Below, piece after piece: positions 12,744 to 23,248 of a stretch of DNA of 64,000 nucleotides. This DNA comes from Eledone cirrhosa. Its lineage: Eukaryota. Every line of letters begins with the position of its first letter. Positions within the stretch are counted from its first letter, which is position 1. The DNA lies in the NCBI GenBank assembly GCA_964016885.1, contig OZ024742.1:97836001-97900000 (forward strand), in the 5' to 3' direction. The notes under the pieces are model-generated. The model was not told the DNA's origin. It made no database searches and saw only the letters and a list, made by a program, of their open reading frames with translations. The translations under genes and the position numbers were made by a program.

Positions 12744-13785
12744 TCAGGTTATAAATTGGGTGTTGAGTTCTAGTCTATTATTGATTGGTGGTTGTGTTTT
12801 ATCTATAATTAGTGCTTCCTTAATTCTAAGATTGCCGAGGTTTCTTTCCTTAGTTTCTATCCTAACTGTTATGGTTTTGTCGGTGTTTTTGCATTTAACT
12901 AGGTGTTTCTTAAATGAGGAAGCGTTAGTAATGAGGTGTTCTTTTATTCTTATGTGGAGTGGTCTGGTGGTGCTACCTACGTAGAAGTTGTTGCATTTGT
13001 CACACTCTAGTCTGTATACGACGTAAGCCTGGTGGCATAGGTCTGTGCCGTTGATGGGGCAGTTGGCTAGTCTGCAGCAGTTGTCATGTCTGGTAGTGTG
13101 TCTCTTGGCCAGCCGTCCGCGCAGAGAAGGACCCGAGTGGGCCAATTGGATATCCAGTCCCTCTCGTCTGATGGCTCTGCGGATGGCTGTTGTGTTTTCT
13201 TCACTGAAGTGTGGGAGCTTCAGGAAGCAAGTGTTAGTGCCTCGGGTGTGGTGTCCTCTGTTCTTTCTGGCACGGTTTGTGGTGGATGTCGTGTATCCGT
13301 TCAGTTTGAGTACTTCCAGGAAATGTGTGGTGTGTGTGTCTCGGTCTCTAGCGTCGGTGCATTTGTTCCGGATACGTGCCAGTTCGTTCCTTATGTATCC
13401 GAACTTGGCACCGAGTGGGAGGGCCGATCTGAAATGTACGAACAGGTCCCTGCTGGCGGCTTTTTTATAGAAGCAGGTGTGGATGTTACCTTCCTCTGTT
13501 ACCCTGAGTTGGAAGTCCAGTAGGGATAGGGATCCGCGGTCATACTGGCGTCCATGCTGGAGAATGTTGTGTATATTTTATCTGCCTCCTCACGGGATGA
13601 TGTAAGGATGAGTATGTCATCTACCTATCGGGTGAAGAAGGCATGGGAATGGCAGGTGTTGAGGGCTCGGCATTCTAGCTGGTTCATGTAGGTGATGGCC
13701 AGCAGGCCCGATAGGCTGGATCTCATGGGTAATCGTGTTATCTGTCTGTATGTGTGGTGGTGGAAGGTGAAGTACGCGTTGTCTA
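12744..13785 (-). pseudogene. Disabled inverted copy of the same PLE RT/EN
   Basis: Mirror of the right arm. The YVDD Tyr codon reads TAG (~13626) and there is a 25-nt deletion near 13543. The EN part (ORF 12744-13145) is intact. Confidence 0.88.
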
Positions 13786-13786
13786 A

Positions 13787-15013
13787 ATAAATAAATACGC
13801 TTTTAGCCTCGACGTTGTCTCCCTCTACACTACAGTTCCCGCTTATCCAGCTGTCGATTTATTGACGGATTGCGTGGTCGCAGAGGACATCCACTGCTAC
13901 GGCCTCCACCCGACGGACATACACCAGCTTTTGTCCTTCACAGTAGACAACACGTACTTCACCTTCCACCACCACACATACAGACAGACAACAGGATTAC
14001 CCATGGGATCCAGCCTATCGGGCCTGCTGGCCATCACCTACATGAACCAGCTAGAATGCCGAGCCCTCAACAGCTGCCATTCCCATGTCTTCTTCACCCG
14101 ATATGTAGATGACATACTCATCCTTACATCATCCCGTGAGGAGGCAGATAAAATATACACAACATTCTCCAGCATGGACGCCAGTATAAAGTTCAGCATG
14201 GAACACCCCGATGACCGCGGATCCCTATCCCTACTGGACTTCCAACTCAGGGTAACAGAGGAAGGTAACATCCACACCTGCTTCTATAAAAAAGCCGCCA
14301 CCAGGGACCTGTTCGTACATTTCAGATCGGCCCTCCCACTCGGTGCCAAGTTCGGATACATAAGGAACGAACTGGCACGTGTACGGAACAAATGCATCGA
14401 CGCTAGAGACCGAGACACACACAACACACATTTCCTGGAAGTACTCAAACTGAACGGATACACGACATCCACCACAAACCGTGCTAGAAAGAACAGAGGA
14501 CACCACACCCGAGGCACTAACACTTGCTTCCTGAAGCTCCCACACTTCAGTGAAGAAAACACAACAGCCATCCGCAGAGCCATCAGACGAGAGGAACTGG
14601 ATATCCAATTGGCCCACTCGGGTCCTTCTCTGCGCGGACGGCTGGCCAAGAGACACTCCACCAGACATGACAACTGCTGCAGACTAGCCAACTGCTCCAT
14701 CAACGACACAGACCTATGCCACCAGGCTTACGTCGTATACAGACTAGAGTGTGACAAATGCAACAACTTCTACGTAGGTAGCACCACCAGACCACTCCAC
14801 ATAAGAATAAAAGAACACCTCAATACTAACGCTTCCTCATTTAAGAAACACCTAGTTAAATGCAAAAACACCGACAAAACCATAACAGTTAGGATAGAAA
14901 CTAAGGAAAGAAACCTCGGCAATCTTAGAATTAAGGAAGCACTAATTATAGATAAAACACAACCACCAATCAATAATAGACTAGAACTCAACACCCAATT
15001 TATAACCCGATAG
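13787..15013 (+). CDS. 5'-truncated Penelope-like RT (C-terminal part) + Cys-rich linker + GIY-YIG endonuclease, uninterrupted frame
   Basis: Frame open from 13787: FSLDVVSLYTTVP, TGLPMGSSLS, FTRYVDD, SLSLLDF, then VVYRLECDKCNNFYVGSTTRPLHIRIKEH and IKEALII..QPPINNR. Confidence 0.9.
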   Translation: MNKYAFSLDVVSLYTTVPAYPAVDLLTDCVVAEDIHCYGLHPTDIHQLLSFTVDNTYFTFHHHTYRQTTGLPMGSSLSGLLAITYMNQLECRALNSCHSHVFFTRYVDDILILTSSREEADKIYTTFSSMDASIKFSMEHPDDRGSLSLLDFQLRVTEEGNIHTCFYKKAATRDLFVHFRSALPLGAKFGYIRNELARVRNKCIDARDRDTHNTHFLEVLKLNGYTTSTTNRARKNRGHHTRGTNTCFLKLPHFSEENTTAIRRAIRREELDIQLAHSGPSLRGRLAKRHSTRHDNCCRLANCSINDTDLCHQAYVVYRLECDKCNNFYVGSTTRPLHIRIKEHLNTNASSFKKHLVKCKNTDKTITVRIETKERNLGNLRIKEALIIDKTQPPINNRLELNTQFITR

Positions 15014-15414
15014 GGCTTCTAGCCCCATATTCACGCACCCCCCACACACACGCACGCGCACACACACATGCTTACACCTCCACTTATTCTCTCTCACACA
15101 TACACACACAAAACCAGTTCTAACACCAGATAACACCTATCCCCCACATTTACGAATAGACTTATCTTCTCACACTCATACACACACACTCACATACTTA
15201 CACCTTCATGCATTCTCCCACACACTATTACAGGCATGTATATAAAATTAAAATAATAAAAAAAAACCTAAACAAACCCCTTTTAAAGGGAGACTACTCT
15301 TTATCCACCTAATTTTAACTCTTTGACATTAGAGATAGAACAGATACTCTATACTATTTCCTGTCAGCATGGCTTGGCAAGATATCTAAAACGCTGGTTT
15401 GAGACTTTTATTTC

Positions 15415-15449
15415 CCTCTGAAGAAGAGATATTATCTCGAAAATTAAGG
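15415..15449 (+). ncRNA. Minimal hammerhead ribozyme-like motif in the PLE 3' terminal region (mirror copy at 12320-12354, minus)
   Basis: CCT-CTGAAGA-A-GAGAT-att-ATCTC-GAAA-AT-TA-AGG. Helices I and III are very short. Confidence 0.6.
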
Positions 15450-15563
15450 ACATTTAAATAAATCTAAGGTAAAGGACGAATTGTCAACAATATCTTTTAC
15501 AATTGCATTCTTTTTTCTATGTCCATACCTGCATTGTTTTGGCTTTATTACACATATTCAAAC

Positions 15564-15612
<49 letters not shown>

Positions 15613-16454
15613 AAGCAAGTGCTCAAGCACAGAAATGCTATAAGGATATAAGTAGGAAAAAGAAGTTGCCCTAGGCCGGCATGAAGGATTTAACCCCATG
15701 TCTCACAGATACCGGAAATTATTTTTTTCTTATTTTTAAACTTGTTTACGTTAATATTTACAAAAGTATAACATTCGTAATTTGGTTTCAACTATTTTAA
15801 GTTTCATTCATTTTCATTTTATTATCAGTCATATCGGATACTAGTCTATCAACATCTTCCTCCACAAGAATAATTTGCTGTGATTGTAAAATTGTACGAA
15901 GTGTATATTTGGTGTTTGTCCAATGCGACTTAATTGAGCAGTGTTTTACAAACTTTTAATGAATGGCTTGCCATGAAAATCTAAGTAATTGTCACATTTT
16001 ATATAAGTTCAAGACAAATGGTAACTTCTTTAAAACACCAAAAGCACATCTGTAAATATATAAGTAAAATAAACTCACCGAAAACATTAAATTCAGGTTA
16101 AAACATCTCTTTTTCTTCTAAAAATAAATGTGAATTTTTTTCTTGTAATTTTATTTCTCTTCACCTGGCAAATAATTTCGTTTCACTAGAAGCAGCACAC
16201 AGGCACCATAAATATACTTTCTTTAATTAAACGTCGTAGATTCGTGAAATAAAATGTATTCTGAAATTGCGTGTGAAAGAGAATATGCATGCATGATTAA
16301 TATAGATAAATGTTTCGTTTCAATTGGAAAATGTGACAAATCAGTGACGTAAGAATCTAACCATTGATAATTACCGCAACACACTTTGGACAGAGCTGCA
16401 GTAAACGATATGATGACAAAGGTGGACAAACGGAATTGTTCAGTATAGAGTGTA

Positions 16455-16520
16455 TGTTCAAATGAACAGGAAGTGTTGTTTTGGCGCCAGAATAAAGATG
16501 GCGCAATGCGTCACACTGTT
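16455..16520 (+). promoter_or_regulatory. Possible housekeeping-type promoter motif cluster
   Basis: CAGGAAGTG (ETS-like), AAGATGGCG (YY1-like) and TGCGTCA (CRE-like) within 50 bp of non-repetitive-looking, CpG-richer DNA. No linked gene identified. Confidence 0.3.
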
Positions 16521-16899
16521 AGCTGTCGGGAAATGTCTAACAACTCAGCGATCTAGTTACGACGAAGCGAGTGAAAGTCATCTCTAAAGAAGCCTAGTTT
16601 TGTGGATTTGAGAAAATTACCAAATTCGTGATTGGTACAAATAAGACCATCAAAATCTACTGTATCGTCATAAGCAATACAAAACAATCATACCGCACCG
16701 TCTTTCACGCATTTTAACAAGGGATGCATTCGGGCTTTTGTTAGAAGGGCCCGTTCGAACTATAAATTGTTTCCATATAATACCCAAAAGACAATTGATG
16801 TGGTGCAACCAGCACTAAGAGGCGATTGAAGCAAACGTTAAAACCTACAGATGTTACCGGCTACATATATTTAGGGTTTCCTAAAAAAAGTTCCGTGTC

Positions 16900-17320
16900 T
16901 CTGGTACGTTAATTTGGATGTGCGACAGAGACTCCATTAATCTGATATGGTGCAAGAAAGGACTGCACATGTGGATGTGGAAGTACTAACAAGTCTCTGA
17001 TTGTCGGAGTTTTAAAGATGTCATCCGAGCAAAGAATGTTTTGTAAGACTGTCTTGGAAATAAGTTTTCCTTCTTGCATTCGTAATACCAGTAATTGTGA
17101 AAAACTGCAGCAGAGACGGTAAAGATTTCTATGGGTGGACTTCGGGGTTAAGCTGGAATTTAACTTTAGTTCATTAAGGAAAGCATTCTGGAAAACCATC
17201 CGCTGATTTGTAATAAGAAGTTCCCATCCACGCCTGCTAACAAAAAGTCATCTAGAGCTCTTGTTTCTAGAGAAAAGCGCATCTTCGCGAGCTGGAGTGA
17301 ATATTTTGCTTATCTCCTAA
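16900..17320 (+). pseudogene. LINE (RTE-like) linker-region fragment
   Basis: Broken translation W.DFG.KLE..KAFWKTIR..WSEYF. Confidence 0.5.
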
Positions 17321-17574
17321 CACCGTTTATATATATATATATATATATAAACCTCGCGGGGCGAATGTTGCATTCGCTTACTAATACTATTGTTCACTGC
17401 AGATTGTACTGGGTGCATTTTCCTGGCACAAGGGCTGTTCCTCATTAATGTGACCGAGGAAGAATGGTGGGAACTAAGGAAGGAAATAAACACGGTGTCA
17501 TATGCGTTATAATATCTATTATGCTATAATATCTATTGTAATATCTATTATCATATGGTACTTCATCGCAGCGC

Positions 17575-18275
17575 TGTGAGGTGTAGAAGATGCTGTGGAA
17601 TCACCAAAATAGCTACCGCAAGAATATACGTCCTCACATAATTCAACAATTCGGTGAAATCTAACAGGAGTTCAAACATAAAATCTCAACGTAGTTCTTC
17701 CATTTGTTAATTTCTCGACGGCCTTCGACCACATAAAATGTGGCAAACCAGGAGGAAATACTCCTATCATGTGCCATACCAAAGGTAACCAGAACCACAA
17801 TAATGGTGCTGTACAAAGGTACTCAAGCCATGGTACAATCTAGAGATGGTGACAGCGAGCCTTTCAATAACGCTGCTGGCAATCTGCAGGGCGATATATT
17901 GGCCCGATATCTATTCATAATCAGCCTGGATTATGTACTTTGAACATCAATTGACAACTTGAAAAAGAATGGTTTCACCCTTAAAACTAGCGAGAAGCAA
18001 ATGTAATCTGGCCGAGACCATTAACGATGCTGACTATGCAGACGATCTGGCAATGATTTAGGATTTAGTACACGAATCGGGGTCTCTACTACACACGATG
18101 TGCTGCTGTGAAAACCATGACAGGTTCATCTGACGGAGAGCAGACCTTACAGAACCTACATCAAACAGCTATGTGAAGACGCTGATTACAATTCGGAGGA
18201 TCTACCACGAGCAATGGACGAGAGTCAGATGTAGGAGTGCCATGACGATCCGTGCAACCAGTATGCCAATGTGAT
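17575..18275 (+). pseudogene. RTE-clade LINE RT remnant
   Basis: LYKGTQAMVQSRDGDSEPF..GNLQGDILARYLFIISLDYVL and DADYADDLA. Confidence 0.85.
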
Positions 18276-19003
18276 GAGGAAAAGGGATGATTGGGTTAGA
18301 GAAGAGAGTTGCTGGGGAAAATGATAATGCCGGATAGAGCGGGGGATATTCTGAAAACACAAACAGTTATATACATATCATAGAAACCAGAGAAAATGTT
18401 GGCAAACCTTGATGCAGAAAAATAACTGTAAATTCAGTTGGTTGCTCTAAGTAGCCGTTTAGATTGATAGTTAGAGTTGTCAAACTCTATCTAAAGTTCG
18501 ATTGACCAAAGCGACGGCTAGCTATAATTTCCTATCAATAAGGAGTCGTTATCCGATTGTCTAAGCTATTTGTTGCCACCAATTGTATTCACGGTTATTC
18601 TTTCGCGTCTGAATTTTTCTACATTTTCATAGATAATGTAGAAAATCTCTAAAAATATAATTATATACAATATATATAAAAATAAGAAATACAAAATAAA
18701 ATGGAATTTTAAAAACAATGTTAGAAGTTAAAAGATTAAAAACTATACACACGCACAACATACACATATATATATAAGTACTATTGATTGGACGTTGACG
18801 GGGGTTATTGTCATCGTGCAGGGTGTTCCGATAACACCTTTCTCACGAAGAATGCTTTGTGGGGCAGCCGGTTTTGTCACAAATGGCCAAACTATGCGAT
18901 ATATTGTACTGGGTAACATATTACCAGTAGTATTAGGGAGTGACCTGATCTATATATAGCATATACATAATATAACACACAAACACACACACACACATAT
19001 ATA

Positions 19004-19311
19004 TAGTGGTAGAACACTGGAAGACGATATCTGTAGTGGTAGAACACTGGAAGACGATATCTGTAGTGGTAGAACACTGGAAGACGATATCTGTAGTGGT
19101 AGAACACTGGAATACAATATCTGTAGTGGTAGAGCACTCAGTCCATGGGACGAGTTAGGTAGAAGTGTGTTACACAACAGTTAGTGCACCATACCGAGAA
19201 CAATTATTTCACCTTAGCGGATCCTCAGCTCGTAATTACGAGCTGAGGATCCGCTAAGGTGAAACAATTGTTCTCGGTATGGTGAACTAACTGTTGTGTA
19301 ACACACTTCTA
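19004..19311. mobile_element. Fold-back element: loopless palindrome 19160-19311 plus a 30-bp tandem repeat (19004-19135) on the long arm
   Basis: Centre CGTAA|TTACG at 19235/19236. Unit TAGTGGTAGAACACTGGAAGACGATATCTG, about 4.5 copies. TA-rich flanks. Confidence 0.88.
19239..19276 (+). ncRNA. Minimal type I hammerhead ribozyme (mirror at ~19195-19232, minus, one substitution)
   Basis: CGAG-CTGAGGA-T-CC-gctaa-GG-T-GAAA-CAATTG-TT-CTCG. Confidence 0.75.
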
Positions 19312-19486
19312 TATATATATATATATATAAAAAAAATGTTCGCTCTACATGGCTGAATACAATAAATGTAATCTGAGTTTTTCGAATATAACATTCGATT
19401 CGTTTGCAATTATGCAAAAAAAGCCTCATTTTTATAGCCATGTCAGTAGAATGAAGCGTTCATTCTACTGACATTCTACATTTATA

Positions 19487-19520
<34 letters not shown>

Positions 19521-19691
19521 ATAGACAAAGAAAGTGTGGTAAGAAACCAGGTAGACTATAACGCACCAGAATACTCGATACTGAAGTTGGTAGAGTGGGT
19601 AATAGGAAAAGAGGCAGAACCCCGACGGCTGAGCTCCGGCCGTTTCGACAGCTAAATCCGAGGTGAGTTCGGATCAAGCTGTCGAAAAGGC
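19521..19691 (-). mobile_element. Terminal fragment of the 33.8-kb family with an internal hairpin
   Basis: TTTCGACAGCT..ATCCG..CGGAT..AGCTGTCGAAA hairpin. Starts at (TA)n. Confidence 0.7.
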
Positions 19692-19814
19692 ATTTTTACA
19701 AAATGAAAAATAACCGACGTGTCCTACACGAGTGAAAGTATAAAGAAAAAAAGATGAAATCGAAAATGCAACTGGAGTCTTATTTAAAAAAAATATATAT
19801 ATATTTATTTGGTT

Positions 19815-19852
19815 CCTTTACCGGTTTCGCAGTTCTTCTGCTTTTCAAAGGT
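19815..19852 (-). ncRNA. Hammerhead ribozyme-like motif, possible U3-A8 core variant
   Basis: Minus strand: ACCT-TTGAAAA-GCAG-aagaa-CTGC-GAAA-CCGG-TA-AAGG. Palindromic CCGG loop. Helix I register is ambiguous by 1 nt. Confidence 0.65.
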
Positions 19853-20711
19853 AGAGTTGAGATGGAGGGTATGTGGTTTTTCTCACATCTGGTTGGTCTT
19901 TGAATTTTACTTGTTTTATATGGAAAAAAGTGGCTTGAAACGCCAGGTTTTTAGAGAAGTAATTTGATTGGTTGGTCAATAAGTATAATAAATTTCGCGC
20001 CAGTTCGCGTTACAAAGTTCTTCAAACAAGGGGTGGGGGCTCAGGTTGTTTTTTCATATATGAGTGTTTGAATTTCTTTTTACTTAAAAAAATGTGCTCA
20101 CGAAGCCTTTTTTTTTTTATAAATGTAATTTGATTAGTTATAAATGAAATTAATGCTGTGAGGTGAACACGTTCATTAAATTCGCGCCCGTATTTGGGAA
20201 TTTATTTTATAGCCTTTTAGAGAATTTTAAGACAAACAAAAGATAATGGTCAAGAGAAATGGGATGGGAGAATTGTTCTAGTTAAGTGAATATAGCAGGT
20301 TGTTTTTTCATATATGAGTGAATTTTGGTTGGTTGATGTAGTCACGTGAATAAGTATATCAGCTTTCGCGTAAATTTGTTTGAATTTCTTTTTACTTTAA
20401 AAAAAGTGGCTCACGAAGTCTTTTTTTAAATAAATATAATTTGATTGGTTATAAATGAAATTATGACTGTCACGTGAACAAGTTCATTAAATTTCGCGCC
20501 GGTATTTGGGAATTTATTTTGTAGCCTTTTAGAGAATTTTATGACAAGCAAAAGATAATGGTCAAGAGAAATGGGATGGGAAAATCGTTTTGGTTCAGTG
20601 AATATGATTGCTTCGCTGGTGTGTCTGAATTCAGATTTTCTATTGAAATAAAGAAAGTAAAGATATGTATGTTTTTTGTGTGCTTGTGTGCGCGTATGTG
20701 TGTGCGTGTGT

Positions 20712-20750
<39 letters not shown>

Positions 20751-21180
20751 TGTGAGTCTGGGTGTGTCTGTGTGTGTGTGTGTAGGAAGACGATTCTATT
20801 AGTAGAAATGAGGGAGGGAGTTGTATGTGTATATATGAGTGTTATGTGTGTGTGTGGGAGTATGTTAAGATCGAGCGAATATATATATTTTGTGTGTGTA
20901 TATGTGTGTAGGAAAGTGATTCTATTAATAGAAATGGGGGAGGGAGTTGTGTGTGTGTGTGTGGGGGGGATGGGTATGTGCGTGTATGGGTATTATGTGT
21001 GTGTGGAAGTATGGTTAGCATGTTAAGATGAAGAGAATATATATATTGTCTGTGTGTGTGTAGGAAAATGATTCCGTTAGTAGGAATATTTTTGAATGAA
21101 TATATTTTCCTTACTTATTAGTATTTGTTCTGTTGTATTGTCAGTGCAAACGTATGTTAAGGTTTATTTAGTTCGGGTTT

Positions 21181-22980
21181 TTATTTTCTAAGGTAGAAGG
21201 TGTTATGTGTGTATGTGTCTGTTTGGAGGGTTAGCATGTTATGGGGTTGGCATGTTGTATATTCAACCATATTTAATGCTGGTCTATATTTTTGAATAAA
21301 CATATTTTCCTTATTTATTCGTATTTGTTCTGTTGTATTGTCAGCGCAAAGGTAAAATAGGAAGACTTGGAATTTGGGTGTCTTATTAGTTGCGCATATG
21401 TCTAGATGTGCGCTTAGTGGTATCTGTCTAGTGGTTGGATCTCGTAATTGTTGGCGATGAACTGTCATTCTGTTTCTGAGTGTGAGTTTAGTTTGTCCTA
21501 TATAATCTTCATTGCAACCTTTACATTTAATGGCATAAATTAGATTCTTTGATGAGTAAGTGAAGTGATTTTTTACAGCAAAATTTTGTCCTGATTTAAA
21601 TGTATACGTGTTGCCTTCAATGAGGTGAGTTCAGGTTCCACAATTAGAGCGACCACATTTTTTGACAGTTGGTTGTGGGTTTGTGGTAGGTAATTTGGCA
21701 TTGGTGAGTAATGTTTTCAGTGATTTCGGTTGTCTTTTGCTTTTGATTATTTTGTGCGTTTCAAGGGCTTTTTTCATTCTTGGGTCTTGTTTCAGTAGTG
21801 GGATGTTCTTGTGAATACTGTTGTAAGCTTCCGCATTTGTTGGGTTGTGTGTTGAGATATATGATAGAATATTGGACGTACCTTGGATTTGTTTCTGTTT
21901 TCGTAATTTATCAATGCCTATTGCTTTAGCCCTTTCTATTCCATTATTTATTAGTAAAGGTGGGTACTGTCTTTCGAGTAGAATTTCCTTTAATTCTTGA
22001 AGTCTTTTATTTCGCGTTTCATAATTGGAGACAATTGTGCAAATTCTTCTTGCTAGGTTAAAAGGAATGTTCGTCTTCGTGTGCTTTGGATGGTTGGAGG
22101 TGATTAGCGGGTATTGTTTGGAATCTGTTGGTTTGTAGTGTATGTCAGTTTCAATATTTGTGTATTTTTTTAAGATTAAGATGTCCAGAAATTGGAGTCG
22201 ATCTTGGCTGTATTCCATTGTTAATTGGATGAGGTTATTGATGCCGTTTAAGTTTTTGAAATCATTCAGTTGGTCGAGTGTGTGGGACAAAAGAATGAGA
22301 CAATCATCCAAGTAGCGTTTCCAATTCTCTGATAAATATTTGTGGAAGTTCAATCCGTATTTTGATTTGGACTGTTCATATATCTGGACTTCTAAGTATG
22401 CCATGACTAAGTTGGCATAAGTTGGAGCGGCTTTTGTACCCATCGCAGTCCCCGATATTTGCTTGTAAGTACTGCCATCGAAATCAAAAAAGTTGTTCTG
22501 TAAGATAAATTTTAATCCCTCGGTGTTGAAGCTTTTTTCTATTCTGCCAGGTATCTCATTGGGATATTTCTCTAGCCAGAATCCTATTGCTTCTAGTCCG
22601 TATTGGTGTTGAATCGTTGTGTAGAGATTCACTACATCGAAAGACACAATAATAGTGTCGTTGTTGACATGTTTGGGGAGGTGGTTTAAGAGGTCCAGAT
22701 CGTCTCTTACAAGGCTTGGTATGTGTTTGAGAATTGGTTTTAGTAGTATGTCTATAAAGTTGGTCAGTCTGTGTGTGTTTCACATTGTGGGCCCGCTACA
22801 ATTGGTCTTAATTTAAGGTATGTGGGGTATTGTGTGTTCACACAGGCTGAGATGGATTGTTTACATGCATCGTCAATTATTTTACACTTGTGGATCTTCG
22901 GAAATCCGTATATGTTGGTGGTTTTGTATTCAAAATGTGTTAAATAATCGCGTTCCTTTTTAGTTAAGTCTTCCTGGTAT
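21181..22980 (-). pseudogene. PLE RT-EN ORF with one frameshift (~22770) and one in-frame TGA (21631-21633)
   Basis: By manual translation, ORFs 21631-22647 and 21181-21468 are in the same frame, separated by the TGA. An (AC)n slippage shifts the frame upstream. Confidence 0.88.
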
Positions 22981-23019
22981 CGACATATTTATGTATATAT
23001 ATATATAGAGAGAGAGAAA

Positions 23020-23157
23020 TGGCATCTACAGGACTAGAACTGTTTCATTCGGGAGAAATCATCTAGAAAATGTTCTAGTCCTGTAGAACCCTTTTCTATA
23101 TTAAATATGTATACTCTCTTTCTTACAGTGGTTACCCCCGATTGAAGCCGGGGTAAA

Positions 23158-23160
<3 letters not shown>
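23020..23160. mobile_element. Short fold-back element, same family as 29424-29585
   Basis: TCTACAGGACTAGAAC...GTTCTAGTCCTGTAGA inverted pair, then the family terminus and (TA)n. Confidence 0.75.

Positions 23161-23248
<88 letters not shown>

Larger units (their letters stand above)
12159..15570. mobile_element. Penelope-like retroelement present as a head-to-head inverted pair (left arm minus 12159-13785, right arm plus ~13787-15570), both outer ends on (TA)n
   Basis: 12199-13785 is the reverse complement of ~13943-15570 with few substitutions. It encodes PLE RT and GIY-YIG motifs. (TA)n tracts at ~12123-12158 and ~15567-15610. Confidence 0.95.
19690..22985 (-). mobile_element. 5'-truncated Penelope-like element (Neptune-type: Zn knuckle between RT and EN) with a long 3' UTR
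   Basis: YGFPKIHK, LRPIVAG, SFDVVNLYT, GTAMGTKAAPTYANL, WKRYLDD, KKCGRSNCGT*, LIYAIKCKGCNEDYIGQT..RMTVH. The 3' UTR has internal duplications and an HHR-like motif. Confidence 0.92.

Noticed and set aside
19004-19135. 30-bp repeats as a CRISPR array
   Set aside because: Head-to-tail tandem units with no spacers.
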